Of a DNA stretch of 64,000 nt, positions 28,840 to 38,593 are shown one piece after another. The translations under genes and the position numbers were made by a program. A model generated the notes under the pieces. That model saw only the letters and a program-made list of their open reading frames with translations. It ran no database searches and was not told where the DNA came from. The stretch covers positions 288,001 through 352,000 of the forward strand of contig JANRKS010000005.1 of NCBI GenBank assembly GCA_033763315.1, given 5' to 3'. The first letter of the stretch is position 1. Each line of letters opens with the position of its first letter. This DNA is from Deltaproteobacteria bacterium. Lineage in GTDB: Bacteria; Myxococcota_A; Polyangia; Fen-1088.

Positions 28840-29772
28840 CTAGGGAGACGCCACGCGGCGTTCTGCCGCACGCGCGATCTTGGCGATGTGGCCGCGCAAA
28901 AAGCGGGCGGCGGGATCATCGTTGCTTGCGCTTGGCCAAAGCAGTTCAAGCGGCGTCTTATGCAACTTGAAGGGCAGGCGGCTGGTGCGAAGGTGGGGGT
29001 GTGTTGCCACAATCTGGTGAGCCACAATGGCGGGCACGGTGGCGACCAAAGGCCCGCCCTGCACCAGCAACCCTAACGTAGCGAAGTTGGGCAGTGAACA
29101 CCGCACTTTCCGGCTTTGGCGCAAAACATCCTCAACCACGCCCCGAAGGTCGCCGTTATAAGAGACGATGACGTGCTCCTCGGCAAAATACTGTTCGAGC
29201 GTGATGTGCTTCGTCTTCACGTGGACGTGACGGGGATCGAAGAGGCACACAAAACCGCCGGAAAATAGGGTTTCGCGCATGACCGTCGAAGGCAAATCAT
29301 CTGCCACCGTGACAGCCGCATCCACCCGCCCTGCAGACAACGCTTCGCTCACCGTGCGAAACTGAACCCCAAGCACGATGAGCTGCATGTGGGGCGCTTC
29401 GCGCCGGCACACCTTGAGCAGCGACGGCAGCAGCCAGCCTTCAGTGGCGTCTGACAGGCCTAAACGGAATGTGCGCGTGCTGGTTGCCGGATCAAACCCC
29501 GCTGGGTGCAACGCCGCCGCCAGTAAGGCGTCGAGGTGCGGCCGCGTCTGTTCGAGCAACGCCCTGCCACGTGCGGTGAGTGTGATGCCACGTCCTTGGC
29601 GCACGAACAAGGGCGCGCCAATGGCGTCCGTCAGCCTCCGCAGCGCTGCACTCACCGCTGACTGGGTCAAGTAGAGCTTGGTCGCGGCCGCCGTCACGGT
29701 CTGGCTGTCGGCCACCACGGCGAACACGCGGAGAAGATTTAGATCCAGGTTTATCCCATCAATCTGGTTCAT
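28840..29772 (-). CDS. LysR family regulator
   Basis: LDLNLLRVF...TQSAVSAALRRL...LFVR; divergent from the aldo/keto reductase. Confidence 0.95.
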   Translation of the reverse strand: MNQIDGINLDLNLLRVFAVVADSQTVTAAATKLYLTQSAVSAALRRLTDAIGAPLFVRQGRGITLTARGRALLEQTRPHLDALLAAALHPAGFDPATSTRTFRLGLSDATEGWLLPSLLKVCRREAPHMQLIVLGVQFRTVSEALSAGRVDAAVTVADDLPSTVMRETLFSGGFVCLFDPRHVHVKTKHITLEQYFAEEHVIVSYNGDLRGVVEDVLRQSRKVRCSLPNFATLGLLVQGGPLVATVPAIVAHQIVATHPHLRTSRLPFKLHKTPLELLWPSASNDDPAARFLRGHIAKIARAAERRVASP

Positions 29773-29844
29773 GCTTTGTAGTTATCTTATTCGTTGGATT
29801 CATTGGTTGCACGCCCCTAGTCTTGGTTCCGAGGCAAACATCAG

Positions 29845-30840
29845 ATGAAACACGTACAAATGTCCCCCACCTCGCTTGGTGAAACTGGGCCGCTCGTTTC
29901 TCCCTTGGCTTTAGGCTGCATGGGCCTGTCAGGCATGTATGGCCCAAGCCGCGACGACGTCGGCATCGCGACCATCCAGGCGGCACTCGACGCCGGCATC
30001 ACACTGTTAGATACCGGCGACTTTTACGGCATGGGCCAAAACGAGATGTTGATTGCCAAAGCGATCGAAGGCCGCAGGCAATCCGTCCAGTTGTCAGTCA
30101 AGTTTGGCGCCCTGCGCGCGCCCGACGGCAGCTTCGTGGGTGTCGACAACCGGCCAGCCGCCGTAAAAAACTTCGCCGCGTACAGCCTGAAGCGTTTGGG
30201 CGCAGATGTGATCGACATTTACCGGCCGGCGCGGCTCGATCCCAATGTGCCCATCGAAGACACGATTGGCGCCGTTGCAGATCTGGTGAAGCAGGGTTAT
30301 GTGCGGCACATTGGTCTATCCGAAGTTGGTGTGCAAACCGTGCAGCGGGCGAACGCGGTTCATCCAATCTGCGACGTCCAAATCGAATACTCTTTGGTGA
30401 GCCGCCGGCCGGAAGAAAGTCTTTTCCCCGCTTTGCAGGCCATGGGCATCAGTGCCACGCTCTATGGCGTTTTGTCGCGCGGCCTCCTAAGTGGACGCGC
30501 GCCGACGGGGCCCGGCGACTTCCGCGCGCACCTGCCCCGCTTCAGCGGCGACAACGGTGCACAGAACCAACGCTTGGTGCAAAGCGTTCGGCAATTCGCG
30601 GCTGACCGTGGGCAAACCGCCGCCGCGTTGTGTTTGGCATGGGCGCTTGCCAAACAGCCAAACTTCGTGCCGCTTATCGGGCCGCGGACGCCGCAGCAAC
30701 TGGAGGAGTTGCTGGCAGCTCTCGCCAAGCCACTGACCACCGGTGAGGTGCAGGAGCTTGAAACGCTGGTGCCGGCCGCCGCCATCGCAGGCAGCCGCTA
30801 TGCCGAAGCCCACATGGCACATCTCGATAGTGAACGTTAA
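29845..30840 (+). CDS. Aldo/keto reductase
   Basis: LGCMG, LDTGDFYG, SLKRL, IGLSE, QIEYSL. Confidence 0.95.
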   Translation: MKHVQMSPTSLGETGPLVSPLALGCMGLSGMYGPSRDDVGIATIQAALDAGITLLDTGDFYGMGQNEMLIAKAIEGRRQSVQLSVKFGALRAPDGSFVGVDNRPAAVKNFAAYSLKRLGADVIDIYRPARLDPNVPIEDTIGAVADLVKQGYVRHIGLSEVGVQTVQRANAVHPICDVQIEYSLVSRRPEESLFPALQAMGISATLYGVLSRGLLSGRAPTGPGDFRAHLPRFSGDNGAQNQRLVQSVRQFAADRGQTAAALCLAWALAKQPNFVPLIGPRTPQQLEELLAALAKPLTTGEVQELETLVPAAAIAGSRYAEAHMAHLDSER

Positions 30841-30864
30841 CGCCACCATCTTGAGGTTTGCTGT

Positions 30865-32433
30865 TCACCAAGAGTCCACTTTCAGCGCCGCCTCCAAGCG
30901 TGCCAACGCCAAAGCGTAGACATTCAATACCCGTTGCTTTTCTGCGGCGCTTGCGAAAACCCCCGTGGTCGCAACCTTCATCTGTTGCCCGAGCAGTTGC
31001 TTGCGAATGAACTCCGCGTCTGCGCGCACGAATGTCTTTCGGCCGGCGACGTTGACGTAGACGGGGCTCGTGTGTGCAAACAGGGGCGCGCCCAACTCGT
31101 TCTTCAGCACGCCAGCCGTGGTGCCGGTGTTCGGGGGCACGCGTGCGGTGAGCCACGATGATTCTGCGATGTCCACAGCGGCGTTGAACTCGGCAACAAA
31201 AGTGTCGCCTTGCTTGCTTGCCGCGACGCTGGCGATCACTTTGCCATTGCGGATCACCTCAAGCGCTCCAAAGTCCATCCGAGCCACGGCCTTCGCGCGC
31301 ACGGGAACAGACGCGTGCGCCGCGAGGTCAAGCGTGTCACCGATGGTTTGGTCGCCCACGTGTAAAGACAAGAGGGCGCCGTTGGTAATGAAGCTGCGGC
31401 CTTCGGTCAATGGCTTTAACCAATCGCCCGCATCACGCATGTCAGGCACGTGCACATAAACGCGTGAAAAGTCGTACAAGAACCAATCGGTGCCAGTGGA
31501 AAAGGGCACGCGCAAACCGACGTTCAAAAAGCGATAAAAGGTATCGGCGTAAAGGCCATGCTCCGCCGGATCGCCGTCGAAGATGTTCACTGCCTGCGCT
31601 CGTTCCAAAATGACGCTTGCCACGCCTTCAGTGCCCTGCGTGTTATGACACCAAAGCACGGTGGCCCCTTGCTCACGTGCCATGTCAGCGCCCGTCTGCA
31701 GGGGCCAGCCGTCCGTGCCCCACTTCATGATGCCCGGACCAATGCTCACCGGTCGAATGAGTTTGCGTACGTTCAGGAACAACTGGTGACCATAACCTTC
31801 GCCGAAGGATGAGAAGTTGTGGCGTTGTTCTTCGCCGCTTCCGAAGATCACTCCCGTGCTATGGGTGAGCTCAGCCAGATCCGCATCGCTGTAACCATTG
31901 GTGACGTAATCGCGGTCCACGTCAGCGCGCTCGAGGTAAGAAAGAAACAATACCTGCAACCCATCGGCCGCGGGAACCTCCTTTAGATAACGCTCGGCCT
32001 TGCTGCGCGAAAGCTTCTGCAAATGCAGATGTGTGTTGCCCGCGCGCCAACCCTCGGCTGTCACATTTGAGAAGAATGGCAGTGGAATCTGGAGCTTTGC
32101 GGTGTGCCCAGGCCGCAGGGCCGTGCGGGCTTGCGTGAGGTGCGATTCCACTCCCGCGATGGCCTCAAAAACGACCGGTCCGCACGGCAGTCGGATGATG
32201 GAACGCGCCGGTAGCACAAACCATTGACGTGCTGGGTGTGCCGCCTCCAACCCCTCGCCGCGAGAAAGCAACCCGGAAATTTCTAGGGGTTCGCCTGCCG
32301 TGTTCTTTGCACGAAGGAGCCCGGGTATGCTTTGCCTGGTCTCCGCATTGACGATCTCGACGTTGGCTTCACAACCCGCTGCGGGGCCAACCGCTTGCGC
32401 GAAAGTGCTTAAAAATAGAGCAAAAGCGATCAC
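30865..32433 (-). CDS. CehA/McbA-like (PHP-fold) exported metallohydrolase
   Basis: Probable GTG start (IAFALFLSTFAQA); GNTHLH, GEEQRH, YGH, WCH, STGTDW, GRSFITNG, AHTSPVYV. Confidence 0.75.
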   Translation of the reverse strand: MIAFALFLSTFAQAVGPAAGCEANVEIVNAETRQSIPGLLRAKNTAGEPLEISGLLSRGEGLEAAHPARQWFVLPARSIIRLPCGPVVFEAIAGVESHLTQARTALRPGHTAKLQIPLPFFSNVTAEGWRAGNTHLHLQKLSRSKAERYLKEVPAADGLQVLFLSYLERADVDRDYVTNGYSDADLAELTHSTGVIFGSGEEQRHNFSSFGEGYGHQLFLNVRKLIRPVSIGPGIMKWGTDGWPLQTGADMAREQGATVLWCHNTQGTEGVASVILERAQAVNIFDGDPAEHGLYADTFYRFLNVGLRVPFSTGTDWFLYDFSRVYVHVPDMRDAGDWLKPLTEGRSFITNGALLSLHVGDQTIGDTLDLAAHASVPVRAKAVARMDFGALEVIRNGKVIASVAASKQGDTFVAEFNAAVDIAESSWLTARVPPNTGTTAGVLKNELGAPLFAHTSPVYVNVAGRKTFVRADAEFIRKQLLGQQMKVATTGVFASAAEKQRVLNVYALALARLEAALKVDSW

Positions 32434-32544
32434 GCCCGCACCATAGCCGATGTTCGCGACGCAATCACGTGCGACGCTGACGGTAAGAGAGGCGTCTAAC
32501 TTTGTTGTGGCTGCTTGTGGGCCGGTGTCGCAACATTCGCCAGC

Positions 32545-33681
32545 GTGAGCTCCAAGAAGATAAACGTCGCATTGGTTGGTCTTGGCTTTGGCGCCGAGTT
32601 CATTCCGCTTTACCAGCGTCACCCGCACGCGCGCCTCGTGGCCGTGTGCCAGCGGTCGCCTGAAAAGCTGGCCGCCCTAGCGAAGCAATTCGAGGTGGCG
32701 AAGCAATACACAGATTATGCGGCGTTGCTTGCGGATCCCGAAATTGATGCGGTCCACATCAACACGCCCATTCCCGATCATGCGGCGCAATCCATCGCTG
32801 CGCTCAAGGCAGGCAAACACGTGGCGTGCACGGTGCCGATGGCCACCAGTGTAGATGACTGTCGCGAAATCGTGCAGCTTTGCCAAAGCACAGGCAAGCG
32901 CTACATGATGATGGAGACTGTTGTGTATGCGCGGGAGTTTCTATACGTCAAGGAGCTTTACGAAAATGGCACGCTTGGGCGTCTGCAATTTCTGCAGGCA
33001 AGCCACCAGCAAGACATGGATGGTTGGCCGGGGTACTGGGAGGGGCTGCCGCCCATGCACTATGCCACCCACTGCGTTGGCCCATGCTTGGCCTTGGCGA
33101 ACGCCAGCGCCGCGGAAGTTGCGTGCGTAGGCTCGGGACGCATCGATGATGCGGGCGCCTCGAAACACGGCTCGCCTTTCGCCGTGGAAACCTGCCACAT
33201 TCGTTTCGCCAACTCAGATCTGGCAGCACGCGTGTATCGCTCGCTGTTTGCCACCGCTCGCCAGTACCGGGAAAGCTTCGACGTTTATGGGTCGAAGGCC
33301 TCGTTCGAGTGGCCTTTGGTGGAAGGGCAGCCCCCGATTCTGCACACGAAGGGCCTGCCCGAAGCGCAGATTCCCGCAGCCGTGAAGGTGCCGGACTACG
33401 CACACCGGTTGCCCGAGGCCTTGCGACCATTTACGACACACGGCGTGTACAACGAAGGCGACAACCTGCATCTTTCGTTCACGCAAGGCGCCGGGCATGG
33501 CGGCTCGCACCCGCACTTGGTGCACGAGTTTATCAGTGCGCTTGTGCAAGATCGCGAACCCTTTCCCAACGCGCGCCAATCTGCCAACTGGACCTGCGTG
33601 GGCCTTTTGGCCCACCTGTCCGCGATGCAAGGTGGAAAGCCAATGGCGCTGCCCGATTTCACGTTGCCCCAGCGCCCATGA
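32545..33681 (+). CDS. Gfo/Idh/MocA family oxidoreductase
   Basis: VALVGLGFG, GKHVACTVP, MHYATH; start refined to GTG 32545. Confidence 0.9.
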   Translation: MSSKKINVALVGLGFGAEFIPLYQRHPHARLVAVCQRSPEKLAALAKQFEVAKQYTDYAALLADPEIDAVHINTPIPDHAAQSIAALKAGKHVACTVPMATSVDDCREIVQLCQSTGKRYMMMETVVYAREFLYVKELYENGTLGRLQFLQASHQQDMDGWPGYWEGLPPMHYATHCVGPCLALANASAAEVACVGSGRIDDAGASKHGSPFAVETCHIRFANSDLAARVYRSLFATARQYRESFDVYGSKASFEWPLVEGQPPILHTKGLPEAQIPAAVKVPDYAHRLPEALRPFTTHGVYNEGDNLHLSFTQGAGHGGSHPHLVHEFISALVQDREPFPNARQSANWTCVGLLAHLSAMQGGKPMALPDFTLPQRP

Positions 33682-34538
33682 AGTTCGGTATGAATCTGTT
33701 GTTGTGGACCACGGACGCAACAACTGAAGCCTCCTTGCCGCTGTTGGAACGCCTTAAAGCAATGGGCTTCGATGGCGTTGAGGTGCCGGTGTTTGATCTT
33801 CAGCCCGATAGGTTCGAACGACTGGGGCGGCGCTTAGACGAGATCGGCTTGCTTCGCACCGCCGTGACTGTGCGAGGCGTGGCAGACAATCCCATCAGCG
33901 CAGATGAAACGGTGCGCGCGGCCGGCGTGGCAAAAACAAAGCTCGCGTTGCAGTGCTGCCAAGCTCTGGGTGCACCCCTGCTGGTGGGACCTGTTTACGC
34001 AGCACTTGGCGTGTTCAGTGGCACCCCGGCCACCACCGATGAATGGCGTTGGGGTGTGGATGGTGTGGCGGCTGTGATGGATGAGGCCGAACGATGTGGC
34101 GTTGACGTGGCCATCGAGTATTTAAACCGCTTTGAGATCTATCTTATCAACTGCGTCGCAGATGCACTTCGCTTCGTTCGTGATGTGAACCACCCCCGTT
34201 GCAAGTTGATGCTCGATACCTTCCATGGCCACATTGAGGAAAAGGATCTGGGTGAGGCGCTGCGCGCTTGTGCATCGGCTTTGTGTCACATGCACATGTC
34301 AGAAAGCGACCGCAGCACCCCGGGCAGCGGTCAGTTGCATTGGGGCAAGGTCTTCGCTGCACTCAAATCCCTTCGCTACGACGGCTGGCTGACCATCGAA
34401 GCGTTCGGCCAAGCGCTGCCCGAGTTGGTGGCGGCCACAAAGATATGGCGCCCGATGTACCGCGACGAGGACGGGCTGGCGCGCGAAGGCCTCGCGTTTC
34501 TCAAGCGATCATGGGCAACGGCGCCCGAGGCCCTCTAA
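33678..34538 (+). CDS. Sugar phosphate isomerase/epimerase (ketose 3-epimerase-like TIM barrel)
   Basis: ATGA-coupled start MKFGMNLLLW; EYLNRFE, LDTFHGHIEE, HMSESDR, TIEAF. Confidence 0.9.
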   Translation: MKFGMNLLLWTTDATTEASLPLLERLKAMGFDGVEVPVFDLQPDRFERLGRRLDEIGLLRTAVTVRGVADNPISADETVRAAGVAKTKLALQCCQALGAPLLVGPVYAALGVFSGTPATTDEWRWGVDGVAAVMDEAERCGVDVAIEYLNRFEIYLINCVADALRFVRDVNHPRCKLMLDTFHGHIEEKDLGEALRACASALCHMHMSESDRSTPGSGQLHWGKVFAALKSLRYDGWLTIEAFGQALPELVAATKIWRPMYRDEDGLAREGLAFLKRSWATAPEAL

Positions 34539-34584
34539 GCCAGCGATTCCCAGTTCTCGGTCCGCGATTGGCAGGCCCACTTGT

Positions 34585-36939
34585 TTAAACCAAGGCCCAC
34601 GAACCTTGATTGTAGCGAAGCGCTTGTGCGCCCTCGAGTGCGATCAAGTGGATCCAGCCGTTGTGGAACAACTCGCGCACCTGAGGTTGGGCGGCGAGCA
34701 CATCGTCGATGCGTTGGTGGTCCACATCGATGACCACCGTTAACCGCCGCGGCTCATGCACGAAGCGTTGGCCGTCGTGAATGGATTGCAGCGGCAGCCC
34801 CACCCGCAAGTCGCCGCCGTTGCCTTCCCATACGCCCACGCCACCCACGACGTTGTGCAACACCTTGTTGCCGCTGCCGTAGAGCTCCGGATCCACCCGC
34901 GATGCGTAGTATTGCAGGTTGATCCAGCTGGCCACCACGACCGGTGCGCACAAAATCAGCGTCAGCACGCTGTTGTCTGTGTCGGCGCTTGCGTTGTAGT
35001 CGTGCAAGAACACGCGGCCTTGCAGGTTCAACGCTGACGTTCGGCTGCGCGGGGCTGCAATTAGGGCTGCGTTGTTTGCCAACGCCCATTCGGGCCGCAC
35101 TTGCGAGGTGTCGGTCGCTTGCTTCTGCACCGCTTGTTCCAAATCTGCCGCGTGGCTTAACCCCAGCCGCGGCGCCCGCTCGACCCGGGCGTTCATGCCT
35201 GCCTGTTGCAAGGACGTCTGCAAAGCCAACAGATCCTTGTTGTGCGAAGCCGGCACTTGCTCAAGGTCAAACAAGATGACGTTGTCGGTGGTTGTGTTGT
35301 GCAACCCGGCGATGAACACCGTATCGTCGGGGATGGCGATCCCTGCGCTGGCCAGGCCCGCCCGCACTTGCGCGTTGTTGAGGGTTGATGCTGCCAGCCT
35401 CGCGTTCACGTCGCCGGCGTGACCGCCGCACGCGCCGCAATCCAAAGCCGAGGCATAAGGGTTGTTTGCGCTTTGGCTGCCGTGCCCACACAGCAACACC
35501 AACCGAGCGAAGTTTTGCGTGAGGCCCATGTTGCGCAAGGCTCCTTGTGCCATGCCTATGCGCGTTGTCAGGGGTACGTCCGCAGCAAAGGCCGGGGCGC
35601 CTTGCCGTGCCTTGGCCCCCTTACGTCTTGCGGCTAGCGCCGCAGCAAAGCCTAAGCCTGCTGTTTCAACGAATGAGAAGCATGAAGTGGCAGAGTTGGA
35701 GAACGCTTTCCATGCGCCCGCTTGCAGTTTGTGTTGCGTGTGTCGTTGCGCTTGCTCCGCAGGGAGGGCCTCGTGTGTGGCCACCGGTGGAACTAGCAGC
35801 ACGGGGCAGCGCGCGCCGGCCTCGCTGGCCACGGGGTTGTGATGCACCGGGAAACCAAAGAAGCCTGCGAACCCAATCGTCTGTGACCCCGCGCTGGCCG
35901 CTTCAAGGTGCCGCCGAAACACTTCTGACCTGACGTCGATGCAAAACACCGCCTGCAACGTCGGCCGTTCACTCAGCTGATGCGATGGTTGCGCCGCGAG
36001 CGTGCGTGCGAGGTTGCGCTGGTATCCCGCTTCATAAGCCAGCTGCCACCGGCATAAGGCACCGATTGAGTGGGTGTCCACCACCGGGCCCCTAACGTTG
36101 CGCCAGTCGCTTTCCCGCTCGCTGCCTTGCACAAAGACGGCCCACAACGCTGCATCATAAGCCAAGCGAATGGCCAGCAGCTCATGCAAAGCGGGGTTGC
36201 TCTTTCCCCGCAGTTTGTCCTCGCGCACCAAGTATTGAACGTAGCCCGCCCACCCGGCGATGGAGGCAAGTTGCCGATGCAGGAAATCTTGCGTGCTCAC
36301 CTGCCGCGGTGCCAGCAAAGCTAGGCACGTGGCAATGCATGCGTCTGCGTCTTGAGGCAAGGTCTTGATGAAATCTCGGAAACCCTTAATGCCGAACGCT
36401 TCAGGGTTCCGATCGTGTGGCGCCGCTTGCCGCCACGCTGCGAACGGGCCCAGATGCTTCCAAGGCGAATTCCATGTGGTTTGGTTGTCGTCGTAGGTGA
36501 CCGCGCACCATTTCGAAATTTCTTCCACGATGAAGTTTTTCAGACGCGCGCGCGGATGAAATTCGTCGACAAAATCAGCCACCGTCAGTATTGGTTGGCC
36601 TTTCGCCGCGGCGGGCGTGGATGTGATCCACTGCAGCAGTCGTTCACTATTCCAGGTGGCGTCGGCTGCCGTAGCCACATCCTCCAAAGTTATTTGGCCA
36701 GCGTCGAAAGCTGCGAGGTATTCATGTGGCTGCAACAGCGGCGCTGCGCCCGTGGCCTTCTGCAACAGGGTGCAGGCTTGTGAAAAGGGCAGGTGAAGCA
36801 AGCCTGCGAAGGGGTTCACGGCCACAAAGTGTTTCAGTGGCCACAGTGGCGGTATGCGGGAAAGCGCATCGTCAAGGGCCTCTGGGCTAATGGTTGGAAC
36901 CGCTTTAAGAGCGACGTCTTGTTTTGATGCAGAAAGCAT
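34585..36939 (-). CDS. dabA: DabA (DUF2309) inorganic carbon pump catalytic subunit
   Basis: IPPLWPL..FVAVNPF, FCIDVRSE, CGHGS, CGACGG, RPEW, SWINLQYY, HEPRRL. Confidence 0.93.
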   Translation of the reverse strand: MLSASKQDVALKAVPTISPEALDDALSRIPPLWPLKHFVAVNPFAGLLHLPFSQACTLLQKATGAAPLLQPHEYLAAFDAGQITLEDVATAADATWNSERLLQWITSTPAAAKGQPILTVADFVDEFHPRARLKNFIVEEISKWCAVTYDDNQTTWNSPWKHLGPFAAWRQAAPHDRNPEAFGIKGFRDFIKTLPQDADACIATCLALLAPRQVSTQDFLHRQLASIAGWAGYVQYLVREDKLRGKSNPALHELLAIRLAYDAALWAVFVQGSERESDWRNVRGPVVDTHSIGALCRWQLAYEAGYQRNLARTLAAQPSHQLSERPTLQAVFCIDVRSEVFRRHLEAASAGSQTIGFAGFFGFPVHHNPVASEAGARCPVLLVPPVATHEALPAEQAQRHTQHKLQAGAWKAFSNSATSCFSFVETAGLGFAAALAARRKGAKARQGAPAFAADVPLTTRIGMAQGALRNMGLTQNFARLVLLCGHGSQSANNPYASALDCGACGGHAGDVNARLAASTLNNAQVRAGLASAGIAIPDDTVFIAGLHNTTTDNVILFDLEQVPASHNKDLLALQTSLQQAGMNARVERAPRLGLSHAADLEQAVQKQATDTSQVRPEWALANNAALIAAPRSRTSALNLQGRVFLHDYNASADTDNSVLTLILCAPVVVASWINLQYYASRVDPELYGSGNKVLHNVVGGVGVWEGNGGDLRVGLPLQSIHDGQRFVHEPRRLTVVIDVDHQRIDDVLAAQPQVRELFHNGWIHLIALEGAQALRYNQGSWALV

Positions 36940-36956
36940 TGAAGTGTCTCCAGGAG

Positions 36957-38516
36957 TTAGGCTACAGCCACAGGCAAAGGGGGTTGCGCGTTCGAGTGCT
37001 GCGGTGGCCACAAGCGGCCAAGCAACCGGTTACCCAACGTGCCGACGTAAAAGCCATTCAAGGCGTGCACATAGAGGCGCTGCCCTAGCTTTCGGTGGCC
37101 CATGCGCCACAACAACGTTTGAAAGAGGAACAAGCCCGCGAAGAGCGCGCCCACAACCGTGATGACCGTTGTCGAAGGTGTTAGGTGCGGTGTGTGCACG
37201 AAGAACCGCTGGGCTCCGGCGTGAAGGCCGAGGCCCAGCAAACAAAACACTTGCGTTGTTGCAAGTCCGAGCAACACAGCCTTGGGTTGCACGGACCATA
37301 ACCTCGCCAGGCCGTATCCCATCGCCAACACAAACACCAATCCCAATACGCCCAGCTCCAAGTGGGCTCCAAGCGTGTTGAGTGCCGTTGTATGCGCGAC
37401 GAAGGTGGCGGCGGCCGTGGCCAATCCCAACACAAGCGCGCCTGTGCGCAGCGGCGCCGCCTTGCGGGGCACAGCGCCGATGGTGGAGCCCGCCGTTAAA
37501 AACGCGTGTGCCTTGTAGAGCGAATGCGCCACGATATGCACGGTGGCCAAAGCAAAGGCGCCGAGGCCGCACTGCAAAAGCATGAAGCCCATCTGCGCGA
37601 TGGTGGAGTAAGCAAGCGCGCGCTTGACGCTTGGTTGCGCCAGCATCACCACGGCCCCAAATCCCGCCGTGACGGCACCCACCAGCGCCAATACGGAGAG
37701 CACGTGCGGTGCGTGCACGAACAGTGGCGACAACCGAATCACCAAAAAACCACCGGCGTTGATGATGCCCGCGTGCATAAAGGCGGACACCGGCGTGGGC
37801 GTCTCCATTGTATCGGGCAACCATCCATGAAATGGGAACTGCGCTGATTTTAAGGCGGCGCAGGCCGCGATGAGCGCGCATGGCAGGCTGAGGCCTTGCG
37901 TTTGGCCCGCGTCGACGGCGGCAAACATCTGTGTGACGTCGAAGGTGTTGTATTGCTCCTGCAGCAAGACGATGGCTGCCAGCAAACACAGGTCGCCCAT
38001 ACGGCTGATGACGAACTTCTTGCGCGCTGAAAACACGGCGCCTGCGCGGGTGGGGTAAAAAAGAAGCAACTGGTGCAGGCACAAGCTGGTGGCCACCCAA
38101 GCCACCCACAACAAGAGCAAGTGGCCCGCGCTCACCAACAGCAAGACCGCGGCCAGGGTGTTGCTCAACCAAGAGAAGAACCGTGGCGCCTCTGCATCGT
38201 TGCCTAAGTGGTTGCGGGAGAAACTCATCACTGACGCGCCGACGAAGGAAACCAGCACCAGCATGACGGCTGACACTTCGTCAAGCCGCAGGCTCACCGC
38301 CCAGGCGCCATGCAGGTTCGGACCCGCACCCAGCGTGGTGATGTGTCCGTGAGTTGTCAGAAGCACCGCCGAAACAATCGCCGCCACGCACGCGCTCAAG
38401 GCCGCCGCGATGGTGAGCGAAACCGCGCTCTTGGCGCGCAGCAAGCGCGGCAGGCACCCCGCGACGAAGGGAAGAAGCGGCACGGCAAATAGTGTGAAAG
38501 CTGCCAAGGAAGTCAT
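36957..38516 (-). CDS. dabB: DabB, NuoL/ND5-like proton-translocating subunit
   Basis: KSAQFPFHGWLPDTMETPTPVSAFMHAG, AYSTIAQMGFM, AHSLYKAHAFL; directly upstream of dabA. Confidence 0.92.
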   Translation of the reverse strand: MTSLAAFTLFAVPLLPFVAGCLPRLLRAKSAVSLTIAAALSACVAAIVSAVLLTTHGHITTLGAGPNLHGAWAVSLRLDEVSAVMLVLVSFVGASVMSFSRNHLGNDAEAPRFFSWLSNTLAAVLLLVSAGHLLLLWVAWVATSLCLHQLLLFYPTRAGAVFSARKKFVISRMGDLCLLAAIVLLQEQYNTFDVTQMFAAVDAGQTQGLSLPCALIAACAALKSAQFPFHGWLPDTMETPTPVSAFMHAGIINAGGFLVIRLSPLFVHAPHVLSVLALVGAVTAGFGAVVMLAQPSVKRALAYSTIAQMGFMLLQCGLGAFALATVHIVAHSLYKAHAFLTAGSTIGAVPRKAAPLRTGALVLGLATAAATFVAHTTALNTLGAHLELGVLGLVFVLAMGYGLARLWSVQPKAVLLGLATTQVFCLLGLGLHAGAQRFFVHTPHLTPSTTVITVVGALFAGLFLFQTLLWRMGHRKLGQRLYVHALNGFYVGTLGNRLLGRLWPPQHSNAQPPLPVAVA

Positions 38517-38572
38517 AGACGTAACGTAGCGACCCCCAGGCTTTTACGGAATTACATGTTTTAGAAGGTCAT

Positions 38573-38589
38573 GTTAAGTTTAATTTAAC
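38573..38589. promoter_or_regulatory. LysR-type operator
   Basis: GTTAA-GTTTAAT-TTAAC inverted repeat (contains T-N11-A) between dabB and the divergent LysR gene. Confidence 0.6.
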
Positions 38590-38593
38590 GACG

